The notes under the pieces: generated by a model
The model's input: only the letters and a program-made list of their open reading frames with translations
Database searches by the model: none
What the model was told of the DNA's origin: nothing
Part shown: positions 44,006-54,445 of the stretch, in pieces
Numbering within the stretch: the stretch's first letter is position 1
Layout: each line of letters opens with the position of its first letter
From: a phage
Reading direction: 5' to 3' (one strand)
Sequence record: PZ179880.1
Length of the DNA: 64,000 nt
Translations under genes and position numbers: made by a program

Positions 44006-44736
44006 TAATTTTTCCTCTTTAAAATTCTGCCGTGTTTCCAACCTGGCGGTATAATATCATCTTTACCTATAAGCGTGCATTCACTTCCATTATTAATCCA
44101 TTTCTTACCGCGGATTCCTTTATAATCTCTTGGTTTTATTTTGTCAAACTTTGCATCAAGTTGATATGACCATCTAAATCCATAAGCATATTGAAATTTA
44201 CCCTCGGCACAATATTTGATATTTGACCCGTTTCCATTAACTGACCGGGACGCTGCCGCAATAGAGTGAAAGGTTTCTATGAAATCCCCATCTAATGAGA
44301 ATTTATGTATTTCTATAGATGGGCATGCATATCTATTCACGTTTGATACATGCTGTTTAGTTTCGCTTTTATGGTGCTTGCCTAACATTCCTTTAGGATG
44401 AGGATTATTTTTCCAATATTTCTTAAAGAACTCAGAATTAGCTTTAGCAAATAATTTTCTGTGTAAGCTGTACAATCTGTTATTAATTCTATTGCCAGCT
44501 TTATCTGTTGCCATTAACGTTAACGCAGAGGCAAGCCCAAAATGGCCTTCATTTATCTTACATAGTAGTAAATGAGCTATAAAATGTTCTCTGGCTGTTA
44601 ATTCAACTAAATTTTCCTTATCATCAGAACCTCCCATACATCTAGGGATTATATGATGTGTCTCTTTATATTCTGATAAAGATTCCCGAGCCTGAGCTCG
44701 GGAAATTAGGTCATTATAGATTTTTTGATAATTCAT
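44005..44736 (-). CDS. mobE: Free-standing HNH homing endonuclease (mobE position)
   Basis: 243-aa ORF; HNH motif HHIIPRCMGGSDDKENLVELTAREHFIAH; C-terminal AYGFRWSY-type motif; fills the nrdA-nrdB gap exactly with 1-nt stop/start overlaps at both ends. Confidence 0.85.
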   Translation of the reverse strand: MNYQKIYNDLISRAQARESLSEYKETHHIIPRCMGGSDDKENLVELTAREHFIAHLLLCKINEGHFGLASALTLMATDKAGNRINNRLYSLHRKLFAKANSEFFKKYWKNNPHPKGMLGKHHKSETKQHVSNVNRYACPSIEIHKFSLDGDFIETFHSIAAASRSVNGNGSNIKYCAEGKFQYAYGFRWSYQLDAKFDKIKPRDYKGIRGKKWINNGSECTLIGKDDIIPPGWKHGRILKRKN

Positions 44737-47000
44737 TACAATTTACACGCTGCGCAATCATCGGCTTTTGGAGTTTCTATTTCGTAATCATCAGTACCGG
44801 AACCATCACGAGTATTATGATAATAGAAGTTTTTAATGCCATAATACCATCCGTATAGCATGTCATCAATCATTACAGACATTGGAACCTTTCCTTTTGG
44901 AAAAATCTGCGGGTCATAATATGTATTCGCTGAAGCTGATTGACATACCCATTTCAGCATAATAGCTACCTGCGTAAGATAAGGTTTATTGCCTTTCTTA
45001 GCTAATTTCCACGTATAATCATAGAGGTCTATGTTATGCTCAATATTGGGCACGACTTGATTAAAGGAACCCTCTTTTGATTCTTTAACAGAGACTGGTC
45101 CACGTGGAGGCTCGATACCGTTTGTACTGTTAGAAACTTGGGAAGATGACTCACATGGCATAAGTGCTGATAATGTGCTATTACGGATGCCAAAGAGCTT
45201 AAGGTCTTCCCGCAGCGACGACCAGTCACAAACGTATTTTGGAGCTGCGATTTGGTCAATCTTTTTATTGTACCAGTCGATAGGTAATTCGCCTCGAGAC
45301 CAACGAGTGTCTGAATAATATTCGCAAGGTCCTTTTTCTTTGGCGAGCTTAATGGATGCTTTAATGAGCCCATACTGTAATCTCTCAAATAGTTCATGTG
45401 TTAAATCGTTAGCATCTTCATAAGAAGCAAAGTTACTTGCCAGCCAAGCTGCATAGTTCGTAACACCAACACCGAGATTACGACGCTTTTTAGCTTTTAA
45501 AGCTTCTGGAACCGGATAATCTTGATAGTCTAACAGGTTATCAAGTGCACGTACTTGAACTTCTGCTAATTCATTAATTTTATCTTGGTCTTGCCAATCG
45601 AAGTTATCCAACACAAATGCAGATAACGTGCACAATCCAATTTCAGCATCAGGACTATTCACATCATTTGTTGGAATAGCAATTTCACAACACAAGTTAC
45701 TCTGGCGAATAGGCGCCTTTTCACGAATAAACGGAGTATAGTTATTCGTATTATCAATGAACTGCACATAAATCCTTGCTGTTCCTGATCGTTCAGTCAT
45801 GAGTAATTCAAATAGTTCACGGGCTTTAATACGCTTTTTGCGAATATTAGGGTCTTTTTCTGCTGCTTCGTATAATTCGCAGAAACGGTCTTGGTCTTTA
45901 AAATAAGAATAATAAAGCTCACCACCCATTTCATGCGGACTGAACAAAGTAATGTAATCGTTCTTTCCAAAACGTTCCATCATCAAATCATTCAACTGGA
46001 CGCCATAATCCATATGACGGATACGGTTTTCTTCTACACCTTTGTTATTTTTCAAAACGAGAAGATTTTCAACTTCCAAATGCCAAATAGGATAATAAGC
46101 AGTAGCAGCGCCGCCACGAATTCCGCCCTGTGAACATGATTTAACAGCAGTCTGAAAATGTTTCCAAAAAGGAATAACACCAGTATGACGCACTTCACCC
46201 ATGCCAATCTTAGAACCTTCGGCACGAATCATACCAACGTTAATACCAATTCCAGCACGTTTGGAGATATATTCAACAATTGAAGCAGAAGCCTTATTAA
46301 TAGACTTTAATGAATCACCTGCCTCAATAACAACGCATGAACTAAACTGCCGAGTTGGAGTACGGCAACCAGCCATAATAGGAGTTGGTAATGAAATCTG
46401 TCGAGTAGATACTGCTTCATAAAAACGAATAACATGTTTTAATCTATCAACAGGTTCATCTTGATGCAATGCCATTCCAATAGTCATAAATGCAAACTGA
46501 GGAGTTTCATAAATTTGACCAGTGGTTTTATCTTTAACGAGATATTTTTCTTTTAATTGCATCGCCCCGGAATAAGTAAATTCCATATCCCGCTCATGCT
46601 TAATTTTTGATTCTAAAAATGTAATTTCTTCTGCTGAATATTTTGACAACAATTCAGGGTCATATTTACCTTCATTTACGCAGTAAGAAATATGGTCAAT
46701 AAATGAACGTGGTTCATACTGCCCATAAACATGCTTACGAAGAGCGAACATTAAACAGCGCGCAGCTACGTATTGATAATCAGGCTCTTCAACTGAAATA
46801 GAATTCGCAGCAGCCTTAATGACAATAGTCTGAATGTCATCAGTTGTCATTCCATCACGGAGATATGATTTAATATTTTCATATAATTCATAAGGATCTA
46901 CAGATGTTCCTTCAGCTGCCCAAGATAAAACTTTAATAATTTTTTGCGGGTCAAAGCTCTGAGAAACACCACTACTTTTGATAACATTAATTAATTGCAT
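44736..47000 (-). CDS. nrdA: Ribonucleotide reductase large subunit NrdA
   Basis: 754-aa ORF, T4 NrdA length; ATP-cone N-terminus; class I RNR motifs. Confidence 0.95.
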   Translation of the reverse strand: MQLINVIKSSGVSQSFDPQKIIKVLSWAAEGTSVDPYELYENIKSYLRDGMTTDDIQTIVIKAAANSISVEEPDYQYVAARCLMFALRKHVYGQYEPRSFIDHISYCVNEGKYDPELLSKYSAEEITFLESKIKHERDMEFTYSGAMQLKEKYLVKDKTTGQIYETPQFAFMTIGMALHQDEPVDRLKHVIRFYEAVSTRQISLPTPIMAGCRTPTRQFSSCVVIEAGDSLKSINKASASIVEYISKRAGIGINVGMIRAEGSKIGMGEVRHTGVIPFWKHFQTAVKSCSQGGIRGGAATAYYPIWHLEVENLLVLKNNKGVEENRIRHMDYGVQLNDLMMERFGKNDYITLFSPHEMGGELYYSYFKDQDRFCELYEAAEKDPNIRKKRIKARELFELLMTERSGTARIYVQFIDNTNNYTPFIREKAPIRQSNLCCEIAIPTNDVNSPDAEIGLCTLSAFVLDNFDWQDQDKINELAEVQVRALDNLLDYQDYPVPEALKAKKRRNLGVGVTNYAAWLASNFASYEDANDLTHELFERLQYGLIKASIKLAKEKGPCEYYSDTRWSRGELPIDWYNKKIDQIAAPKYVCDWSSLREDLKLFGIRNSTLSALMPCESSSQVSNSTNGIEPPRGPVSVKESKEGSFNQVVPNIEHNIDLYDYTWKLAKKGNKPYLTQVAIMLKWVCQSASANTYYDPQIFPKGKVPMSVMIDDMLYGWYYGIKNFYYHNTRDGSGTDDYEIETPKADDCAACKL

Positions 47001-47317
47001 AAGTCCTCAACTTGAAAATCGTCTTTAAACAATCGGTTAACTATATGAGCTATTATATCACCATGACACGGCTTTGGTTTACATGTGCATCCTAGCCTCA
47101 TTCCACGTAAAGGCTCTAAATGTGCTTTAGTTATTTCTCCGGATTTAATTCGACGTATAAAATCTTTTTTGAATAATTCAATGGCAGCCTCCCGGCTGCC
47201 AGCATCTTTACCGACGTAATTTCCCCAAAATGTACCACGGTGAATATTAACATCAAAGTCGGATTTATATTTATTCACTACCTGGCATAGACGGCCCGCG
47301 CGGTGATAATTCGTCAT
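46991..47317 (-). CDS. Small Cys/His-rich protein (putative metal-binding)
   Basis: 108-aa ORF; motif [12 protein letters not shown]; overlaps the nrdA start by 10 nt and the upstream ORF by 47 nt. Confidence 0.6.
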   Translation of the reverse strand: MTNYHRAGRLCQVVNKYKSDFDVNIHRGTFWGNYVGKDAGSREAAIELFKKDFIRRIKSGEITKAHLEPLRGMRLGCTCKPKPCHGDIIAHIVNRLFKDDFQVEDLCN

Positions 47318-47534
47318 ATTGTTTTTCCGTTAAAACAGTAATATCATAGTAACAATCTGAAGAAGTTTTAACTGTAGAAATTTTATTATCAAAATACTCA
47401 CGAGTCATTTTATGAGTATAATATTTTTTGCCGTAAATGATAATAGGCTGATTTGGTCCTGGAACTTCTAACTCACTTGGATTAGGAAGTGTAAAAAGAA
47501 CTGCACCAGAAGTATCTTTAAATCGTAAAATCAT
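47271..47534 (-). CDS. Hypothetical protein
   Basis: 87-aa ORF immediately downstream of td. Confidence 0.55.
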   Translation of the reverse strand: MILRFKDTSGAVLFTLPNPSELEVPGPNQPIIIYGKKYYTHKMTREYFDNKISTVKTSSDCYYDITVLTEKQYDELSPRGPSMPGSE

Positions 47535-47557
47535 ATATCCTCACAATTAATAATTAA

Positions 47558-48418
47558 TTACACCGCCATTTTTCCTTTAATAGGAGGGTGTGATTCGTAA
47601 CCTTTAAGAACGAAATCTTTAGGCCTGAGTTTAAGAACATATTCCAATTGTTCTTTAGTAGAAAGATAGCGGAATTTATAAGGCAATCCGCCTATTACCA
47701 GTTCACAAAGCTCTTTAGGTTCACGACGCAAAATTTCTTTACATTGTTCTACGTGATTCATATAGATATGAGTATTACCGCCAGAAAATATCAAATCTCC
47801 TGGAATAAGATTACACATCTTAGCTACAATATGAACTAATGCAGCATATGATGCAATATTAAATGGAAGACCGAGGAAAACATCTACCGAACGTTGATAC
47901 CACTGCAAATCCAAATAGCCATTACGCACATTAAACTGATAGAACATATGACAAGGCGGTAATGCCATATATTTAAGTTCAGCTGGATTCCACGCCGACA
48001 CAATTTGTCGCCTATCATTTGGTAGTTTTTTAATACGATCAATAACTTCTACAATTTGGTCTACACCGCCAAAATCACGCCATTGTTTTCCGTAAATTGG
48101 ACCAAGTTCACCACTATGATATCCTAAATCTTTTGCTTGGTTTTCGTAATTTTCATCCCAGACTGTTTTGCCTTGAATTAATGAATCGTGTTGAATTAAT
48201 CGTAAATCATTGACATTTGTGCTTCCTGATAAAAACCAAAGTAGCTCAGCAATGCAAGCTTTCCAGGCGAGCTTCTTAGTTGTTACTGCAGGAAAACCTT
48301 TACTTAAATCCCAGCGCAATTTAGTACCGAACAAAGCAATTGTTCCTGTGCCTGTTCGGTCATCAGTTTCATAGCCATTTTCCAGGATATCTTTAATTAA
48401 AAATTGGTATTGTTTCAT
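47558..48418 (-). CDS. td: Thymidylate synthase (no intron)
   Basis: Continuous 286-aa ORF matching recalled T4 TS length and sequence; active-site region PPCH present. Confidence 0.95.
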   Translation of the reverse strand: MKQYQFLIKDILENGYETDDRTGTGTIALFGTKLRWDLSKGFPAVTTKKLAWKACIAELLWFLSGSTNVNDLRLIQHDSLIQGKTVWDENYENQAKDLGYHSGELGPIYGKQWRDFGGVDQIVEVIDRIKKLPNDRRQIVSAWNPAELKYMALPPCHMFYQFNVRNGYLDLQWYQRSVDVFLGLPFNIASYAALVHIVAKMCNLIPGDLIFSGGNTHIYMNHVEQCKEILRREPKELCELVIGGLPYKFRYLSTKEQLEYVLKLRPKDFVLKGYESHPPIKGKMAV

Positions 48419-48426
48419 TAGTTCAT

Positions 48427-49447
<1,021 letters not shown>

Positions 49448-49455
49448 ATTATCTC

Positions 49456-49791
49456 CTAATATAAAGGATCAGGAACATATCCACTGGCTTTAATCATTTT
49501 AATTAACGTTAACATTCCTTTATTAACTGCTCGTGAAATTTCATCAAAAACTTCATCACTAAAAAGTTCTAACACGCCCTTCTGAACTTTTAATTTACAG
49601 CCAACAATTTCGTCATCGCCTATAGTAAATTCGTTTCCGCCAATTCCGCCGAAAAACTTAATTGCACCAGTCAACTGCCTTCCACGAGAATATGGGTCGT
49701 GTGATAAAGTAATATGAGTCACCCCAGGTACAGTTTTAAATTGGCAGCGAATGTTTACTTGGGAAATTCCAGTTACATGAATGTCAGACAT
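49456..49791 (-). CDS. Hypothetical protein (frd-32 accessory cluster)
   Basis: 111-aa ORF. Confidence 0.6.
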   Translation of the reverse strand: MSDIHVTGISQVNIRCQFKTVPGVTHITLSHDPYSRGRQLTGAIKFFGGIGGNEFTIGDDEIVGCKLKVQKGVLELFSDEVFDEISRAVNKGMLTLIKMIKASGYVPDPLY

Positions 49792-49801
49792 AATATTTTC
49801 C

Positions 49802-50101
49802 TCAGACGGACTTTTTCACAATTTTCCAATCGGCTTTAAACTGTTCAACGTCAGAATGGTAAATCCAGAATCCTGCGCTTTCTCCATCCTCATAAAGAGG
49901 GCATCCATCACATTCATCTTCCCACCCCATGTCACGTAAAAGATGTTCAGCTTTTTCAACAAGTTCAGAATCTTTACCGATGATATTAAAATACCATTTA
50001 CCTTTAACTTCTGAATCTTTGATGCTCTGACGTTGTAATCTCATTTTATTCTCCTTAGTTGATAAGGCTATAGTATCACTACCATAGCCCGTTGTAAACA
50101 A
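49802..50101 (-). CDS. Hypothetical protein (frd-32 accessory cluster)
   Basis: 99-aa ORF; start uncertain. Confidence 0.55.
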   Translation of the reverse strand: MFTTGYGSDTIALSTKENKMRLQRQSIKDSEVKGKWYFNIIGKDSELVEKAEHLLRDMGWEDECDGCPLYEDGESAGFWIYHSDVEQFKADWKIVKKSV

Positions 50102-50404
50102 TTATTTTTGAATTTTATCGAGCCACTTACCAAGCTTAATCATTTCTTTAGTAGCCTTTTCCATACTTCTGAACTTAACCAATAGAGGATAGGTATCGAC
50201 ACCCATAACTAAACTGGTTACAAGACTGTGTTCACCCACAAGCCATAACGAATACGTTTGAATATCGAGTCCGTAATTTCTGTCTTTATGGACCCGTACA
50301 CCCATCACTTCAAATTTCTCACTAGCTTTTTCTACCGCATCCAGGAAATCATCTTTAGTCATATTAGGCCTTAAAAGTTTTTCGCAAAAGTTCAATGATT
50401 TCAT
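50102..50404 (-). CDS. Hypothetical protein (frd-32 accessory cluster)
   Basis: 100-aa ORF. Confidence 0.55.
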   Translation of the reverse strand: MKSLNFCEKLLRPNMTKDDFLDAVEKASEKFEVMGVRVHKDRNYGLDIQTYSLWLVGEHSLVTSLVMGVDTYPLLVKFRSMEKATKEMIKLGKWLDKIQK

Positions 50405-50765
50405 CTACATTGTTTTCGTCTACAATGCAGTGAATTTTTGTTACGCCAGAAACCTTGTCTTCGACTTCATCTTCTTCAGAAGTCGGTTCTTTATACTCGC
50501 GGAAACAATAAAACTCTTCTTCACTAAGTTCAAAATAATCATCACCTATGCCATCATTATAATAGATTTCGCCATTAGCACAAATGATTTCGGTTACATA
50601 ATCAAAGCCATCTAAACTTGATATTGATTTAACTTCAAACCAACCGCCATTTTCTTGAATGATGCTGACCATATTAGCATTTGATGAACTAATATCAATG
50701 AAAGATTTAATACGGTGTGGATTTAACTCATATTTTTTGCCGATTTCCATTTTGATTTTCCTCAT
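50364..50765 (-). CDS. Hypothetical protein (frd-32 accessory cluster)
   Basis: 133-aa acidic ORF. Confidence 0.55.
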   Translation of the reverse strand: MRKIKMEIGKKYELNPHRIKSFIDISSSNANMVSIIQENGGWFEVKSISSLDGFDYVTEIICANGEIYYNDGIGDDYFELSEEEFYCFREYKEPTSEEDEVEDKVSGVTKIHCIVDENNVDEIIELLRKTFKA

Positions 50766-50795
50766 TTTAACGGGACTGTAATAGCCCCTTGATAA

Positions 50796-51086
50796 TTATT
50801 GTTCAATCAGTCCCATATAAAATTCTGCGTCTTCAGAATCCATGCCATCACAGTATTCATTAGCCATAAAGCGGGTGAGGTCTTCAAGAGGACCTTCAAT
50901 AACGATTTGAATACTCCAAAACTTAGAATCTTGCACATTTGTGATTCTAAGTTCAGGATAACGATTACGAATAATTTCTTCAATATATTCAAAATCAACG
51001 ATGTCAATATCAACTTTAGCCATGTTATTTTCCTCTTTAATCATCAGCAGTATTGCCGATAGTTGTATAGTACCATAGAAGAGCAA
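50796..51086 (-). CDS. Hypothetical protein (frd-32 accessory cluster)
   Basis: 96-aa ORF; the true start may be the internal Met (MAKVDIDIV...). Confidence 0.55.
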   Translation of the reverse strand: MLFYGTIQLSAILLMIKEENNMAKVDIDIVDFEYIEEIIRNRYPELRITNVQDSKFWSIQIVIEGPLEDLTRFMANEYCDGMDSEDAEFYMGLIEQ

Positions 51087-51129
51087 GGATGTAAACCATT
51101 TTGTGAAAAAATTTTGAAATAAAAAAAAA

Positions 51130-51149
51130 GGGGGACCTCTAGGGTCCCC
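51130..51149 (-). terminator. Rho-independent terminator after gene 32
   Basis: GGGGACC-tctag-GGTCCCC followed on the minus strand by a run of nine T. Confidence 0.85.
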
Positions 51150-51171
51150 AATTAATTAGTAATATAATCTA

Positions 51172-52080
51172 TTAAAGGTCATTCAAAAGGTCATCCAGGT
51201 CCGTGTCATCAGCACTAGATGAACTGTCAGAGCTTGAGCTCATAAAATCATCTTCAGTTTTTGTTTTGAAGTCATCAACATTGAATGCATCCAAATCATC
51301 AGCAACTTTATCAGCTTTCTTAGCGGCAGTTGCTGCGGCACCACCCATAGCAGCAGTTCCCATAACTTGACTGAACTTAGTGCTCAGTTCTTCAAACGAT
51401 TTGAATTTATCTTTAGAAGTCATTTCAGAAAGGTCAACCATTTGTTCGAACAGTTCTTTCTGGAAAGATTCATCATCAATGTTTGGAATCGCAGATTGAT
51501 TCAGGAATTTAGATTCGTCGTAGTTACTAAAACCAGAAACTTGTTTAACTTTCAGTACAAAGTTAGCACCTTCCCACGGACAAGTTACATCAACCGGAGT
51601 TTCACCCATTTCAACATCAACTGCAATCATTGCATTGATTTTATCCCAAATTTTCTTACCGAAACGGTATTTAAATACTTTACCTTCATTTTCTGGAGCA
51701 GCTGGGTCTTTTACTACAAGAATGTTAGCCCAGTAAGAAGTTTTACGTTTAACAAGACCATACTCTTTATTGTCAGTGTTGTACAAATCATTTTTACTGA
51801 TGTACTGACATACTGGACAAGAATCGTAATCACCGTGGGTAGATGAACAGTTTTCAATATACCATTTACCATTTTTCTTGAAACCGTGATTTACAAGAAT
51901 TGCGAATGGTGCTTGTTCATCATTTTTAGACGGAAGAAAACGAATTACTGCTTGACCGTTACCCGCATTATCGAGTTTCAGTTTCCACTCGCCTTTATCT
52001 TCAGAAGAAAAACCACCTTTATTTCCAGCCAGTTTAGCCATTTGTGCAGCGAGTTCAGCAGTAGATTTACGTTTAAACAT
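51172..52080 (-). CDS. 32: Single-stranded DNA-binding protein gp32
   Basis: 302-aa ORF; sequence matches recalled T4 gp32, including the acidic Ser/Asp-rich C-terminus; strong terminator downstream. Confidence 0.95.
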   Translation of the reverse strand: MFKRKSTAELAAQMAKLAGNKGGFSSEDKGEWKLKLDNAGNGQAVIRFLPSKNDEQAPFAILVNHGFKKNGKWYIENCSSTHGDYDSCPVCQYISKNDLYNTDNKEYGLVKRKTSYWANILVVKDPAAPENEGKVFKYRFGKKIWDKINAMIAVDVEMGETPVDVTCPWEGANFVLKVKQVSGFSNYDESKFLNQSAIPNIDDESFQKELFEQMVDLSEMTSKDKFKSFEELSTKFSQVMGTAAMGGAAATAAKKADKVADDLDAFNVDDFKTKTEDDFMSSSSDSSSSADDTDLDDLLNDL

Positions 52081-52179
52081 TTTTATTTCCTTTTTAATTT
52101 AATTAACAGTTGGTGCTATGACGATGTATGACCTCATAGCTGGTCAGTGAGATAATTATAATCTATTTATAATAAGCAA

Positions 52180-52833
52180 TTAATACTTACAAGATTTCAC
52201 AGTTTCAATGAAAACACTTTTGGCTTTCTGCGAATCAATATTTAAAATTTTTCTATAAGCCTTTAACTTTATAGAATAATTATTCCAGACTAAATTATCA
52301 GTCTGTTCATCATGTTTATCAATTATATTTAAAAACGAATCAAGCAAGATAAACGTCTCAAACGAAATTATATTCGATTGAAGTAGTTTAAAAATATAAC
52401 TTGATTGAACTTTTGGATTATACTCAAAGATTTCTTTAAAAGCAGAAACTTCAACTTTTTTACTAAAATAGTAAATATTGCGAATATCTTCTTCAAACTT
52501 AAATTTAATTTGCTTTAAGCGTCCGATATATTCACGATAAAACACAAGTGCATCAGCGTCAGAGATGTCACCAATCCAAGCATCTTGGTTAGCAACAAGA
52601 TTGCTTATAAAGATTAAAGCAAGTTCCTTTAATTTATATTTTTCTGATAACTTCTGGAAAAAATACTTATCCCTTCGCTTTTGATAAGCGGCATCAGACA
52701 CCCGCATGCACCAATTATACTTAATTACGTCATACTTTCCATTCATATGTTGTTTTATCATTAAGTATAATTTATAAACTGATTTACCATCAATATATCT
52801 TTCACCACCAGCAGGCATGCGGAGTTTAATCAT
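52180..52833 (-). CDS. 59: Helicase loader gp59
   Basis: 217-aa ORF, T4 gp59 length and position. Confidence 0.92.
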   Translation of the reverse strand: MIKLRMPAGGERYIDGKSVYKLYLMIKQHMNGKYDVIKYNWCMRVSDAAYQKRRDKYFFQKLSEKYKLKELALIFISNLVANQDAWIGDISDADALVFYREYIGRLKQIKFKFEEDIRNIYYFSKKVEVSAFKEIFEYNPKVQSSYIFKLLQSNIISFETFILLDSFLNIIDKHDEQTDNLVWNNYSIKLKAYRKILNIDSQKAKSVFIETVKSCKY

Positions 52834-53168
52834 AGCAGAAAATCTAAGGTATTAGTTTTTTCACAACGAACAACAGAAGGACGTAAAAGATTTTCGTCAA
52901 TAGCTTCTGACTGAATTTTTTCAATTATACCCGAAGGAATAAATTTAGCAAATTGAGTTTCAGGAATAGAATTTTCTTCCAAGAATGCTGTTGTAGCTTC
53001 AAGATAACTCATTCCAAACTCTTCTACCATTTTTTCAATAATAAATCCATTTTCTTGACGGTCAAGAAGCTTTGCAATTTCATCCTTTTCTTTCTTAATT
53101 GAAAGTTCTTTTTCTGAAAGACCGGTCTCATCGACCGGACGAATATCATTTAGAGAAAACTGTGTCAT
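52830..53168 (-). CDS. 33: Late transcription co-activator gp33
   Basis: 112 aa from Met MTQFSLNDIRP, T4 gp33 length; position between 59 and dsbA. Confidence 0.88.
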   Translation of the reverse strand: MTQFSLNDIRPVDETGLSEKELSIKKEKDEIAKLLDRQENGFIIEKMVEEFGMSYLEATTAFLEENSIPETQFAKFIPSGIIEKIQSEAIDENLLRPSVVRCEKTNTLDFLL

Positions 53169-53415
53169 AAAGTTCAACTACCTCTTCGGTTTCAGCTTCA
53201 AACACATCACGGTTATCTTTATGATACAAAGCTAATAGACGATTAAACATCTTACCATCAACACCAAGTTCATCTTTGGCACGAATTCGAATGTCTTTAA
53301 TCAATTCATTATAACCAGAAATTTTCAGTTTATGATCAGATGCTTCTTTGATAAATTTGGCCAAGTCTTCGCTATGAATAGCTTCGTCAAATTCAACCAT
53401 TTCTTTTTTAGCCAT
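53146..53415 (-). CDS. dsbA: dsDNA-binding late transcription enhancer DsbA
   Basis: 89-aa ORF, T4 DsbA length and position. Confidence 0.85.
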   Translation of the reverse strand: MAKKEMVEFDEAIHSEDLAKFIKEASDHKLKISGYNELIKDIRIRAKDELGVDGKMFNRLLALYHKDNRDVFEAETEEVVELYDTVFSK

Positions 53416-53423
53416 TATTCACC

Positions 53424-54341
53424 TCAAAATTCATTAATGCTATTAGTTAATTTAGAAAGACCCGCTTTTACAAAATATGAATAAATTTTGCCACGCGGTG
53501 GTAATTTATATGAATTATAGTAATTCACAATGTTTGAAGCAATATTATCAGGAATATAATCAAAGTCAATTAGAACTAAATTTTCTTTATATCGATTATA
53601 TTCAGATTCAGTGAGAAGCACCTTAGCTTGCTCACGGTCATTAGCAATAGCTTCAACAATAGATGTTTTCATTGAAGGAGTTCGTTCACCTTCAACTCTG
53701 GTAAACCAAAAGTCAGATCGTACTTTAACTGAAGCAACGTTATCCTTTTTGTCGCCTTTAAGGATTTTAGTCATGCAATCAATTTCAGCAGAACCGCTTT
53801 TAATTTTAACCCATTTCTTATGCATCGGTGACCATTGCTTAACATTTGGATACTTGTGAAGTTGAGTAAAGTCACCATCCGATGAAATGATTAAAATTTT
53901 ATGTCCTTCTAAAGAGAACTTTTTAACAAGCACAGCAATGTGGTCATCTGCTTCATACTTATCAATATCCATAACAATGTATGGCATATAAGCTTTCAAT
54001 TCATCTATAACTTTATGACTGGATTCAAAATAACCTTCCCAGTCCCAAGTAGATTCTTCTCGTGCTTTTCCACGGTTTTTCTTATAATAATAAGCAAAAT
54101 CACGACGCCAGTATCCGGATTTTGCGTTATCGATACACAATACAATTTTAGTGTATCCAAGAGTTTTTGCTTTTTTGACATTAAACTTAATTGAGTTCAA
54201 TATCAAATGACGAACCATTGATAAGTTAATTTTTTCTTTATCTGGAAAGTTTACTAAAGCAGTTGAAAGCGCAATTTGACTAAAGTCAATTAAGCAAATT
54301 CCTTCTTTGTAATCTTCATCCAGCATCATTTCTAAATCCAT
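53424..54341 (-). CDS. rnh: RNase H (5-prime to 3-prime exonuclease, FEN family)
   Basis: 305 aa from Met MDLEMMLDEDY; matches recalled T4 RNase H. Confidence 0.92.
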   Translation of the reverse strand: MDLEMMLDEDYKEGICLIDFSQIALSTALVNFPDKEKINLSMVRHLILNSIKFNVKKAKTLGYTKIVLCIDNAKSGYWRRDFAYYYKKNRGKAREESTWDWEGYFESSHKVIDELKAYMPYIVMDIDKYEADDHIAVLVKKFSLEGHKILIISSDGDFTQLHKYPNVKQWSPMHKKWVKIKSGSAEIDCMTKILKGDKKDNVASVKVRSDFWFTRVEGERTPSMKTSIVEAIANDREQAKVLLTESEYNRYKENLVLIDFDYIPDNIASNIVNYYNSYKLPPRGKIYSYFVKAGLSKLTNSINEF

Positions 54342-54403
54342 ATGAACCTCGTTCAATTAGTGAGATTTCTATTATATACTATCCAAATCTTAAAGTAAAC
54401 AAG

Positions 54404-54411
54404 TATAAATA
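54404..54411 (+). promoter_or_regulatory. T4-type late promoter for gene 34
   Basis: Exact TATAAATA ~35 nt upstream of the gene 34 ATG. Confidence 0.7.
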
Positions 54412-54445
54412 CTTATTATTGAAAACACAATAGGAGCCCGGGAGA

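Noticed and set aside
51121-51130. Run of nine A on the plus strand
   Set aside because: It is the T-run of the gene 32 rho-independent terminator on the minus strand, not a mobile-element poly-A tail.
51367-52131. Plus-strand ORFs (159 and 81 aa) opposite gene 32
   Set aside because: Antisense to the highly conserved gp32 coding sequence; shadow ORFs.
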